From the NCBI RefSeq assembly GCF_009914755.1, contig NC_060929.1: a stretch of 64,000 nt of DNA; one strand, given 5' to 3'. A program made the position numbers and the translations under genes. How positions within the stretch are numbered: position 1 is the stretch's first letter; each line of letters begins with the position of its first letter. A model generated the notes under the pieces. It made no database searches, was not told the origin of the DNA, and saw only the letters and a list, made by a program, of their open reading frames with translations. Below, one piece after another: positions 1 to 12,450 of this stretch. The stretch is from the human T2T-CHM13v2.0 reference genome, Homo sapiens.

Positions 1-689
1 TATTACCTTTAGTATATTAAGTAAAATAGAGCCTAAGTTTGTGTTATAATTGACAGTAAAGTAATGAGTAAAAATTTCCTTTAGTATATTAAATAAATGC
101 TCTTCATTTTGAGAAAAATATGTGATATCAGTTGAGGGTTAATTTAAAATGCTGTAGTTTAGGCTGGGAATGTGTTCAGAATAATTTTTAATTCCAATTT
201 TCTACAAAACATATATATTGTAAATGTATACATTATTCTTCAACCATAAAATCAAAGCTATGATTATGTTAGATAGTTTCACACCAATCACTGATAATTA
301 TAGTGCATGATAAATTTGCAAAAAGCAAGAAAATATTTTACATATATTGTCATTATTAGAAAAATTGGTATATTAGAGTTGTAATGGCTTTTAGATCTCA
401 AAATATAAATAATACTTATTTCAATTAAAATAACATTACATTTACACACACATATATACATATATATATTTAACTATATAATTCCAATACCTACTTATAA
501 CACTTTCTCATTAAACCAAGTAAACTGGCCTGGACTAAGGCATTAAAACCATTTTCATATATGTATTTTACTTTTTCCCCCTACTTGTTGTGAATATTTA
601 AAATCGAAGTTGATAGAAGAGAAAAAAAAGAGGTATTTATCAATTCAATTGTTAAATATAAATTTATCCTGACTCTATTCTCGACACCA

Positions 690-1950
690 GCTTAGTCATA
701 TGGGGCAGATATAAAACCAAATTATCTTGATCTTAAATAAGGTTGTAACTTTGAATAAGGTTGTAACTGTGATAAAATCAAAATTATTAACAGTAGTTTA
801 TTATGTGGCATAGATAGAAAGATACATTTACAAAGTATAGCAGTAGAGAATAATGAACTCTCTATTGTGACATGAATTAAGTAGAAAACATATTTCTAAG
901 AAGTTAGCGCCTTATCTAGGCTTCAAAGATGAAGATGAGTTTTCAAAGAAAGTAGAGGTCATGATTGGGGGGGGTTATTAATAAGAATAAAATTATTATA
1001 GGCAAAGAAGAGAATATGAAACAGTAAGAATTTCAAAATCACATGGTATATCCAAGAAAGCCCAGAAGTCCTGTGACATTTGTGAAAAAGTGTGAGTCAA
1101 TCTATGGATATAACTGAGAATAGAGAAGAATATGGGATGCAATAAAAAAAACCTCGCATGTTGTATTAGAGTCTATAGACTTTAGTTTGTATGAAATGGG
1201 GATAAATTAAAAGGCAGGAGAGAAAAATGAAACTCTTTTTAATCACGTTAGCATTCAATTGGGAAGAAGTTTGAGAGGGCCTGGCCTAGAGCAACGGTAG
1301 ACTAGTAAGAATGGTATTATTTTGAGTGATAATAGAAATAAAAGGCAAAGAGCTGAGGCAGACTAAATACTAAAATGTAGAAGTGGTAAGACTTGGCAAC
1401 TATCTATGGAAGGACAGGAAAAATTTTCATATAACTCTGACTTAGACAATTCTGTAAGGTGGGCTCCTAAGTTGACATTGACAAATGTATTAACAAATAA
1501 AATGTAATGGGGGATGCAGGAATATCCCTATCAGACTTTCTAGGTTTGAGGTGATTATGTTAGCTTAAGTAGAGTTATCAGGAAGGAGTTGGATGTAGCC
1601 GATTAGAATTTCATCTAGGCACATGTTGTAGAATTGAGAGTTTCTACAGCAGAAACATGATTAAAAATTTTACTATATAGTCTTGGGAGAAGAAGAGGAA
1701 CACTAGTCTTGAATAGTAAGGTGGAACACATTAGAATAGAAAGCGTACAGGGAATATTCCTATGGTTTGCCAAAACAACATTCATTGAATTGATGCTGGG
1801 GCAAAATTAAGTTACAGCCTGTTAAAAACTAAATTGCAGATAAGAAAATGGAGACATGTGAAGTATAAAAAGTCTTCTAAAAATGAAAACCCAAGGGACA
1901 AAGAAGTATTTTAGTGTGTGTTGTGCTAGAAAGGGAGAATTTTTGCATGG
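690..1950 (-). mobile_element. Highly decayed L2 LINE relic
   Basis: Purine-rich stretch with L2-like antisense phrases (cttatctaggcttcaaagatgaagatgagtttt; tttgaggtgattatgttag...ggaaggagttggatgtag). Recognised by eye, boundaries approximate. Confidence 0.4.
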
Positions 1951-2276
1951 GGTACAGATATGAACATTTTAGTAAACTCAATAGAAAAATAGTACAATAA
2001 AGGCTGTTAAGATATGAGAAATATGAAGGGAGACCGATGGAGCAATTGCCCAGATTAGATAAATGAGGACTTGCTTTCTATTGAGAGAAGAAGAAATAGG
2101 GCAAAGTTGTATAGAAAGAAGTGAACTTAAGCATGATGGAGAGCTGCTGGCGATTGGAGGGCTTTGTAGTAAAGTGAAATTTCATGTTGGTATTTGAGAA
2201 TGGTAAACTATTTGAGGATTTTTAAGATAATATTGCATCTCTTTTGAAGGAAATGGAATAAGGAGCTGAAAACACT

Positions 2277-2747
2277 TGTGAACTCCAAAAATCTGAGACA
2301 GGTCTCAGTTAATTCAGAAAGTTTATTTTTCCAAGGATGAGGATACATGCCTGTGAAACAGCCTCAGGAGTTTCTGAAGACATGTGCCCAAAGTTTTCAG
2401 AGCACAGTTTGATTTTATGCATTTTAGAGAGACATGAGACATCAATCAACATATGTAAGATGAACATTGTTTGGGTCTGGAAAGGTGGGACAACTCAAAG
2501 CAGAGGTAAGAAGACTCAAAGGGAAAGGGGTCTTCCAGGACATAGGTAGATAGGAGACAAGTGGTTACATTCTCTTGAATTTCTGATTAGTTTCTCCAAA
2601 AGAGGCAATCAGATATGCATTTATCTCAGTGGGCAGAGGGGTGATTTTGAATAGAATGGGATGCAGGTTGGCCCTAAACAGTTACCGGCTTGACTGTTCC
2701 CTTTAGCTTAGTGATTTGGGGGTCATGATATTTATTTTTCTTTCACA
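2277..2747 (-). mobile_element. MER4A1-type ERV1 LTR (3' LTR of a truncated provirus)
   Basis: Minus strand reads TGTGAAAG-AAAAATAAAT...CTGAGACCTGTCTCAGATTTTTGGAGTTCACA with TG...CA termini, matching the recalled MER4A1 consensus. A purine tract lies just upstream on the minus strand. Confidence 0.85.
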
Positions 2748-3651
2748 TTTCCCCGCTTTTCGTTTTAAAAAATATTTTGGAGAAAGCATTTTAGAAGAAA
2801 ACGAGTCTCTGGTCTCAGGTTTTGTCTGATCTTTCATGTTTAGGATGGTTTATTCCTAGATGAGTAGGTCCCCTATTATTAACAAAGCTCATTTTTAGCA
2901 GGTTGTGAATTCTCATGTCCTATGAAGAGAAAATAGAAGGAGGAAGGGAGAAAAACAACAACAAACAAAAGAACAATCCTGGAAAATGCATATAGACCAC
3001 ATAACTCTGAAGTTCATACATTAGTAGGCAGGTATGAAAGTGGCTTATGTATATAAATAGGTTGCTGTTATTTTCTTCTGAAATTTAAATTGTTTAGCTT
3101 CAGTTCACAGGGCTTTATGAAAACATACCTTAGTTTTTGGTGACTCCAAATTAGAAAAAATGAAAAAAACATCGATACATCATTTTGCAGACTTGTAGCT
3201 TAGAAAAATTAGAATTTTGTCCAAACTGTAGAAAATAATACAAATGGAGAAACATTAGGCAAGACTAGAATCTAACAACAGATATACTACAGTTTTTGAA
3301 ACATTATTTTTTCCTCTTCAGTTTCCCATTTTTACTAAAGATAAATCATGGTAGGGCTGATTTTCTTTGTAATACTTGGACTAATTATTTGTATACAGTG
3401 TGGCAAGAATAATTATTTTTACATAAGCTTTCAAATTGGCTTTGATGGAACTTTGTTCCATACTAGGAATCTCACATAAGGCTTTTTTTTTTTTAATTTC
3501 TTTTGAGATAGAATCTCGCTCTGTCCCCCAGGCTGGAGGACAGTGGCGTGATCTTGGCTGACTGCAAGCTCTGCCTCCCGGATTCACGCCGTTTTCCTGC
3601 CTCAGCCTCCTGAGTAGCTGGGACTACAGGCACCTGCCACCACGCCCGGCT

Positions 3652-3688
<37 letters not shown>

Positions 3689-4418
3689 AGAGAAGGGGTT
3701 TCACCATGTTAGCCAGGATGTTCTTGATCTTCTGACCTCATGATCTGCCCTTCTCAGCCTCCCAAAGTACTGGGATTACAGGCTTGAGCCACTGTGCCTG
3801 GCCCAGATAAGGCTTTTTTAAAGCTGAGCTAAGCCATGGATTTGTGCCATCAAATAGCTATGTATTCGGTGAATTTCCTCTACTCTTGAGGTCCCGAGAT
3901 AAACCTGGGGCTTCTGAGCCTTTCAGAAAGTGACATACTTTGCTTAACACAGGTCAGAAATCTGGTACAGAGACTGTGTACACAGAATATGAGGCCAGTT
4001 GTTACAAGGGCTTTATTGGCATCATAAGGAAAGAACACCATTCCAGTCAAAACCTTGGTAAAATGACCAGTTTCAAATGTGCCTGTTACATATGCAAACA
4101 GATTCTTATTGCACTCATGCAAATAACTATATTGCCATAAGTTAAGAATACTCACAAATAGCTTCCAAATTCTGGGGAAATTAGGTAGAGAGAAACAAAT
4201 ATGTTCCAAATTTTGTTCAGAGGAGTATAGTAAATTATTAAAAGCTGTTAATAGCTCGAAAGAAAAGTTGTCTTGCCTCTGAAAATAACAAAACAAAGGA
4301 TCAGCAATGTTTTAAGCAAAAAGTCAAAAAGATTACCTTATTCTTCTATTAGTTCAGTTGATGCAGTCAATTCCTGTTCTGCTTGATACTCATGAACATT
4401 TTAGCTCTCTATGAGAGC
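2748..4418 (-). mobile_element. MER4-int (ERV1 internal region, 3' part) with polypurine tract; interrupted by an Alu
   Basis: tttccccgcttttc at 2748-2761 is the PPT (minus strand GAAAAGCGGGGAAA) abutting the LTR. MER4-int-like sequence continues to ~4418. No 5' LTR is visible. Confidence 0.7.
3483..3803 (-). mobile_element. AluY-like SINE with expanded middle A-tract
   Basis: AluY diagnostics (tgcaagctc, ttcacgcc, gttagccaggatg). TSD ataaggcttttt on both sides. 32-T run at 3654-3685. Confidence 0.9.
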
Positions 4419-5277
4419 TAAAGTAAAATGCTAGGATGAGTGTTATTATTTTATTTTGTAAACTCTACATTATGTCTTGATTAATCAAATATGTACAAAT
4501 GCCATTTCTACATATTTTTTCAAGATTTTACTATAATTTCTATACATATCCTACTTTTTTAAATCTGTTCAAATACTCTTTATGTTATCTTTAACTTTAA
4601 TATTGCCTCTATATTTATCTCCATAGTAAGGTAGATACAAATATTTACATGCTGTTAAATTCTTGGGGAAGTTATTTTGTAATAGGTTTAATGTTAGTCA
4701 ATTCACATGTATCAGATATGCCTATGCAATTGCTATAATCACATTTTGCCTCATATTTTCCCGAAGAGGACATTCACTTCCTTCATTGCCATTTTGTAGA
4801 TTAGCAAATTTAAAGAATAATGTAACTTCATGTATTAAGTATTTGGAGAATAATTTATTATGTAGAGTACTGGTAATAAGGACATTTTGTTTCCTGCAGC
4901 TGGGTCATGTAATTACATTGTAATTACATGGCTGCCTTATGTGTTACAACCAAATATCTAATTTCTTCTATTTTTCACAGCTTCTATTTTTTATCCAATA
5001 TTTTGGTAACAATCTAATTCTCAAAATTACCTCATAACATGGTGGCAAAGTTTACAAAAATGCTGAAAAATAATATATATTTAAACATAGGTCTAGGTCT
5101 ATTTGCTGAACAATTTTGCCAATTAAATTGATTATTTTATCACTTTCCATTGGAAAAAAATTATTCCCAGTTACTTCTTCCCCCTTCCCTTCATGCACAC
5201 ACACTGACAAAATGCTACAACCAATTTGACATTCACCGTGAGAGGTTTTGTCTACAAGCCCACTCCTAGTTCCAATT

Positions 5278-5584
5278 ACATTAGACCTTCCGTATCCTTG
5301 GGTTCTACATCAGTGGGTTCACCAACCAACTTCAAATAAAAATATTAAAAATATAATAATTTCACAAAATTCCAAAAAGCAAAACTTGAATTTGTCTTGT
5401 GGTGAGTACAAGGCAAGGTTGAATCCACATTAATGAAGTGATGTATAGATATTGTATTAGGTAGGATAAATAATCTAGAGATGATTTTATATAAAATCAT
5501 TTTATAAAAAAAGTTTGAGCATCCATGGATTTTGGTATCTTCAGTGTTTCTGGAATTATTCCCCCATGAACATGAAAAACTATA
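5278..5584 (-). mobile_element. MER2B-like TcMar-Tigger MITE
   Basis: caaaaagcaaaacttgaatttg, gttgaatccaca, aatctagagatgattt and gagcatccatggattttggtatc are MER2/MER2B hallmark segments. Confidence 0.7.
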
Positions 5585-7037
5585 TTCTTACCATTAGTCA
5601 TGTATTTGTTGGGGAGTGAGAGAAAAAGAAAAGAAACTTGCCTAAGTCAATTTAATACATATGTACACTTCAATTATGTTATGATCTAGAATTGTAGGAC
5701 AAAATCTTAGTGTCTGTGGCAGGTTATGAACTAACTTCTTCATATTTCTCTTATGGCATAGGTGGTCTTTCCCTCAAAATTACTAGAATTTTTTTCCATA
5801 AAGAGACCAATACTACTTATTAGACTAGCAGATGGAGATAGTTAATGGCACTAACGTTTATTTACAAGGCCAAAGCTGGGCAGGGTCCTCCATTATAACT
5901 CATCTGGTAAGCTACTGAGTAGCCTATGTTGCCTCCCCATGTGTGGTCTTTCCTAGTATGATTATAAAAAACATTTTTTTCCTAATCCTCACATCACCAT
6001 GGAGAGAATTTCTATAAAGCACTTTGAGAATAACTAGTGTATTTAGGACATAGACAATAAATATAAACATTTTTAAAAGGGTATTCAGTTTTTATTTACA
6101 AATTAAAGGTATTTATTTGGAATATTAAAAATCAGAAGCTAAGTCAAAGCCAAAAATACAGTCACCGAGATGAAAAGAAACAGGATAAGAAGAATCAATA
6201 AGAGATGAGGATGTGCTTAATTGCAGATGGACATAATGGACAAATTTTGCAAATAAACAAGGAAGAGAGTGACGAGATTAGTAGCCATTTTAACATGAAA
6301 AAAATTTACATCAGTATGAAATAACTTCAAGAGACCACACAAACGCACCCCACCAAAAAAAAAAAAAAGAAAACAGAACAAAAATAAAAATAAGATAAAA
6401 AGAAAAGAGCAATGGTAGCTATATCCACCACATAGTATATCTTTCTTGCCATCTAGACCCCAGCAGATCAAACAAAGAAGAGTTCCTTGAATGGTTGCAT
6501 TGCAAAGGGTGGGACTTGATACTCATAATAAGAAGTCTTCCCTGTTGGACCAAGACAGCTGATGGCCTGCCTGTGCAATAGAGGCGGAAACAATACTATT
6601 CACTAAGTTTCTTATGATATCCTCCCTCCACTTCTACCACAGAGTGACTCTGAATAGAACAAAGTGAATGGACAGGGAAGTCTCAGGCACTCAGAACCTC
6701 TAGCTTTTCTCCCCAGGCTTCTATCAAGAAAATAATTTGTAAATATATGCTGGACTGTATGTCACTTTGTACTCTGGTGTCCTTGTACTTCAGTTCACTA
6801 GGAATATGCCTAAGGTCTTCATTCGCTCAAGGAACTTCTCATTTAGTAAGGCAGGCACCAGCCTCCTGCCCTGGATTGCATGCAGCATGTCTTCAGCTAC
6901 CAGCTACTAAATGGCACTGCAGAGCCACAGCTACAGTCACCAACCTTGAAGAGCAGGTAACTCCCCCAGCCTCTGGTCAACATCTCTTAGAAGCAGCAGT
7001 GCCTGCAATACAGCAAAACTTGTCTGCATGAAGGTGA

Positions 7038-8057
7038 AGATATATCTCAGATATTGCTGATTTCAATACAGACCACCACAATAAAGTGAATGTCCAATAA
7101 AGTGAATACTACAGTATAGCAAGTCATACATTTTTTGTTTCATCATATAAAACTATCTTTATATTATACTCTGGTTTATTAAATGTGCAATAAGATTATA
7201 TCTAAAAATACTCTGGTTTATTAAATGTGCAATAAGATTATATCTAAAAAGACACACATACTATAATTTAAAAATACTTTATCGATAAAATGTTAAGAAT
7301 CAACTGAACCTTCAGGGAGTAGTAATCTTTCTTGCTGGTAGAGAAGTCTTGCCTGGAAGTTGATGGCTACTCGCTAATCAGGTGGTGAATGGCGAAAGGT
7401 GGGCTGGCTGTGGCAATTTCTTAAAATAAGACAACACAGAAGTTTGCCATAACTGACTTTCCCTTTCACAAAAGATGTTTCTGCAACATACTGTGCTGTT
7501 TGATAACATTTGACTCAGCAGAATTTCTTTCAAAATTAGAGTCAATTCTCTCAAACTCTGCCACTGCTTTATTAACTGAGTTTATATAATATTATAAGTA
7601 TTTTGTTGTCATTTCAACAATGTTCACAGTATTTTCACCAGGAGTAGTTTTCACGTCAAGAAACCACTGTCTTTGCTCATTCATGAGAAGCAAGTTCTCA
7701 CCTGTTAAGTGTTATCATGAGATTACAGCAATAAGTCACTATTTCAGGACCCAGGTCTAATTCTAGTTTTCTTGACATTTTCACCACATCTGCAGTAACT
7801 TCCTCCTGTGGAATCTTTAATCCTTCAAAGTAATTTATGAAAGGTGCCCTCAACTTTTTCCAAACATTTGTTAGTGTTGATATTTTTACCTCCACCCAAG
7901 AATCATAAGTGTTCCTAATGGCACTTGGAATGGTAAATATTTTCTAGAAGATAATCAATTATTTGGCCCAGATCCATCAGAGAAATTGTAATTAATAGCA
8001 GTGATAGAATTACAAAAGGTATTTCTTAAATAATAAGACTTTTAAGTCAAAATGACT
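7038..8057 (-). mobile_element. Tigger1 DNA transposon, 3' part
   Basis: Starts with the reverse complement of the Tigger1 3' terminus (atatctcagatattgc...cagaccaccacaataaag). ORF 7698-7895 carries EEVTADVVKMSRKLEL, a Tigger1/TIGD1 transposase C-terminal motif. Confidence 0.9.
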
Positions 8058-11000
8058 TTTTGGCAGAAAACTAGACAAAACTCTGGACATAAATTCAACA
8101 CTTGGGCAAAAGGACGTAATAGATATCTGCAGAACATTCCACGCATGAACCACATAGTATACATTCTTCTCATCTGCACATGGAACATATTCCGAGCTAA
8201 ATCACATGCTCAGCCATAAAGCAAGACTCAATAAATTCTAAAAACAATCAAAATTATACCAACCATACTCTCAGACCACAGTGACATGAAAATAGAAATC
8301 AATACTAAGAAGATCTCTCAAGACCACACAATTTCATGGAAAATAAACAGCATAGTTTTGAATAACTTTTGGGTAAGCAATAAAATTAAGGTGGAAATAA
8401 AAAAATTCTTTGAAATAAATAAAAGCAGAAATACAACATACCCAAGTCTCTGGGAGGCAGAAAGAGTAGTGTTAAGAGGAAAATTTATAGTGCTCAAAGC
8501 CTGCCTGAAAAAAAAAGAAAGATCTTTAATTATCTAACATCACAGCTAGAGGAACTAGAAAAATAAGAACAAACTAACTCCAAGGCTAGCAGACGAAAAT
8601 AAATAAATGAAATCAGAGAACAACTGACAAAAAAAAATGAGACTTCAAAATTCAAGAAATCAACAAAACCAAAAGTTTGTTATTTAAAAAATCAACAAGA
8701 TCAATAATAGACTGCTAGCTAGGTTAACAAAAAAAAAAAAGAGAGAGAGAGAGAAATTCAAATAAGCACAATCAGAGACAACAAAGGTAACATTACAACT
8801 GATTCCACAGAAATACAAAAGATCCACAGAGCCCATAATAAACATCTCTATGCATACAAACTAGAAAATCTAGAGGAAATTCTTGGAAACACATAACTTG
8901 TCCAGAATGAATCAGGAGGAAATTAAAACCCTGGAAAGAACAATGTTGAGTTCCAAAATTGAATCAGCAATAAGAAAAAAAAACTAAAAAAATATACAGA
9001 CCACATGGATTAAGAATTGAATTCTACAGACATGCAAAGAAGAGCTGGTACCAAGTCTACTGAAACGATTTCAAAATATTGAGAAGGAAAGACTTCTCAC
9101 TAACTCACTCGATGAATACAATCTCATTCTAATACCAAAACATTCAAATATGCAATGAAAAAATACCACAATAAGCCAATATCTCTGATTAACATAAACA
9201 AAAATCCTCAACAAAATACTAGCAAGCCAAGTCCTGCAGCATATTAAAAAGTTAATTCATCATGACCAAGTAGTCTTCATATCTATGATGCAAGGTATCA
9301 ATAAATGTGATTAGCTACATAAATGTATTAACACAAATCAATAAATGTGATTATGTAAATATAATTAAAAGAAAAAAAATCATCTCAATTGATATAAAAA
9401 AAAGCTTTTCATAAAACCCAGCATTCCTTTATGATAAAAACCCTCAGCAAACTAGGCATCAAAGGAACATACCTCAAAATAATAAGATCCATGTATGGCA
9501 AACACACAGGCAACATCATACTGAATGGATAAAAGCTGAAAGCCTTTACCCTGAGAAGTGGAACAAGACTAGGATAACCTTTCTCACCTCCTATTCAACA
9601 TAGCACTAGAAGCCCTAGCCAGGGCAATCAGACAAAAGAAAAGACATCTAAGTTGGAAAACAAAGGAAAAACTGTCTCTCTTCACTGATGATATGATTCT
9701 GTACCCAGAGAACCCTAAAGAGTCTGTGAAAAAACTACTGGGACCGATAACTTCAGTAATGTTTTAAAATACAAAATCAATGTACTAAAATCAGTAGCAT
9801 CTCTATAGAACAATAACGTTCAAGCTGAAACCCAAATCAATAATGCAATCCTATTTACTATAGCCACAAAAAGACAAAATACTTAGGAATACATTTAAGC
9901 AAGGAGATAAAAGGTCTCCACAAGGAGAATTACGAAACACTCTAAAAGAAATCATAAATGACACAAACAAATGGAAAAATATTCCATGCTCGTGAATTAA
10001 AGAATCAATATGATTAAAATGCACATATTGCCCAAACCAATCTACAGATTCAATGCTATTCCTACCAAACTACCATTATAATTAGAAAAAAATTCTAAAA
10101 TTTATATGGAACCCAAAAAAGAGCCTGAATAATGAAAGCAATCCTATGCAAAAGGAACAAAGCTGGGGGCACCACACTACCCGACTTCAAACCATACCAC
10201 AAGGTTACAGTAACAAAAACAGCCCGGTATTGTTGCAGAAATAGATCAATGGAACAGATCAGAGAATCCAGAAATAAAGCTCCAAACCCATAGCCATCTG
10301 ATTTTCAACAAAGTTGACCAAAAAAAAAAAAAAAAGAAAAGCAATATGGAAAGAACTCCTTATTCAATAAATGATTCTGTGATAGCTAGAAGGCCATATA
10401 TGGAAGAATAAAACTAGACTTGTTTCTTTCAACACATAGAAATATTAACTCAAGATGGATTCAATACTTAAATGAAAAACCTTAATCTATAAAAATTCTA
10501 GAAGAAAACCTAGGAAGCACCATTCTACACATCATCTTTGGGAGATAATTTATGACTAAGTCTTCAAAAGCAATTGCCACAAAAACAAAAATTGACAAGT
10601 GAAAACTGGCTAAACTTAAGAGCTTCTGTACAGCAAGAAAAAAAAAACTATCAGTGAAGAAAGGCAACCTACAGAATAAAAGAAAATATTCACAAGCTAT
10701 GCATCTGACAAATTCTAATATCCAGAATCTTTAAGAAACTTAAATAATTCAACAACAAAAAAATAAAGCGTCTCATTAAAAAGTGAGCAAAGGACATGAA
10801 CAGACGTTTCTCAAAAGAAAACATACAAGTGGCCAACAAACATATGAAAATATGTTCCACATCACAAATTATCAAATAAATGTGAATCAAACCACAATGA
10901 GATGCCTTCTCACACCAGACACAATGTTTATTATTAAAAAGTCAAAAACAACAGATACTGTGAGGCTGAAGAAAAAAGGAAATGCTTGTACACAGTTTGT

Positions 11001-11668
11001 GGGAATGTAAATTAGTTCAGTCACTTTGGAATGTGGTTTGAAAATTTCTCAAAGTACTCTAAAGCAGAAATTTATTTGATATATGCTCAGCAACCCCATT
11101 ATTGGGTATGTATCCAACAGAAAAGAAATTATTTTACCAAAACAATACATGCAATCTTATGTTCATCACAGCACTATTGACAGTACCAAAGACATGGAAT
11201 CAATCTAGGTGCCCATCAATGGTGTATTGGATATAAAAAGTATTGCATATATAACCATGAAAAACTATATAGCCATAAAAAATACAATTACGTCCTTTTC
11301 AGTAACATGGAGGCAGCTAGAGGACATTATCCTAAGCACATTAATGCAGCAACAGGAAAACAAATAACACATGTTCTAATTTATAAGTGGGTGTTAAACA
11401 TTGTGTACACATGGACATAGAGATGAAAAGAATAGACACTGGAGAATACTAGAAAGGGAAGGAGGGAAGTGGGTAATGGCTGAAAAACTAACAATTGGGT
11501 ACCATGCTCACCTCCTGGGTGATGGGATCAATCATACTCCAAACCTGTGTTGTGCAATATACCCATGTTACAAATCTGCACATGTACCCCCTGAATCTAA
11601 AATAAACGTTAAAATTATAAAATTAAAAAATAATTTAATTAAAAAATTTTTAAAAACACACAAAAAAA
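8058..11668 (+). mobile_element. 5'-truncated LINE-1 (L1PA15/16-like) inserted in Tigger1
   Basis: Decayed ORF2 from the endonuclease onward (e.g. MKIEINTKKISQDHTISWK), then 3'UTR ...catgtaccccctgaatctaaaataaa and an A-tail. Candidate TSD aaa(a/g)tgact at ~8049-8057 and ~11669-11677. Confidence 0.9.
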
Positions 11669-12101
11669 CAAAGTGACTCCTTCATGAATAGGCTGAAGAA
11701 TAAATTCAGTGTTAGCAGGCATAAAAACATTGATCTCCTGTCCATTTCCATCAAAACTCTTGGGTGACCAGGTGAATCGTCAGTGAACAGTGGTCTTATA
11801 ATAGTCAGGAAACTATGCTGTAGGCAGAGGTACTCTCATTAAGGCTTTGTTATGCCATTTATACAGCCCAGGCTGAGTAGATTTAGCATAATCCTTAGTT
11901 TCACAGATCACCGTAACAGATATAATTATAATGAAAAAGTTTATTATCAAAATGTGACAGAGACATGAAGAGAACACATGCTGTTGGAAAATGGCATTGA
12001 TAGACATCCTCAACACAGGGTTATCACAAACATTAAGCTTGTAAAAATATGCTGCATCTGCAAAACACACAAGGCAAACCACAATAAAACAAAGTATGTA
12101 T
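11669..12101 (-). mobile_element. Tigger1, 5' part (internally deleted)
   Basis: Resumes Tigger1 where 8057 stopped (gactcc...gtgttagcaggcataaaaac), jumps near 11900, and ends caataaaacaaagtatgt, the reverse complement of the Tigger1 5' terminus. Confidence 0.85.
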
Positions 12102-12339
12102 CGGACAGTGTTTATAATTAAAGGATCCATTTATTTTTATCTCTTTTAATTATTTCTCTTATCAGTTAATAATTCTGTTTTTTTAATTATTTATTTAAAA
12201 GGAAAACATTTTGTTCATATTCCTGAGTGAATTCATTCATTTATAAAGGATAAGTTGTAGGTAAATTCATTCTTTATAAAGGATAAGTTGTAGGTAAAGT
12301 TGTAGGTAAATAAATGAAAGGAATTCTATGTACCTCTCA

Positions 12340-12371
12340 TCTATCTCTCTACTCTCTATATCTATTCTATC

Positions 12372-12414
<43 letters not shown>

Positions 12415-12437
12415 ATCTAATCTAACTATATCTATCA
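12340..12437. repeat. (TCTA)n / GATA tetranucleotide microsatellite
   Basis: About 10 perfect TCTA units at ~12373-12413 inside a degenerate flank. Confidence 0.95.
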
Positions 12438-12450
12438 TATATTGCTGTTT

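Noticed and set aside
736-768. Short direct repeats as CRISPR-like or regulatory arrays (aataaggttgtaact twice here; similar pairs near 59425, 62775 and 63913)
   Set aside because: Only two copies each, no spacer series and a eukaryotic context. These look like ordinary slippage duplications.
3880-4296. 138-aa ORF as a possible MER4 env remnant
   Set aside because: No recognisable env motifs (furin site, CX6CC, immunosuppressive domain). It lies in non-coding MER4 internal sequence.
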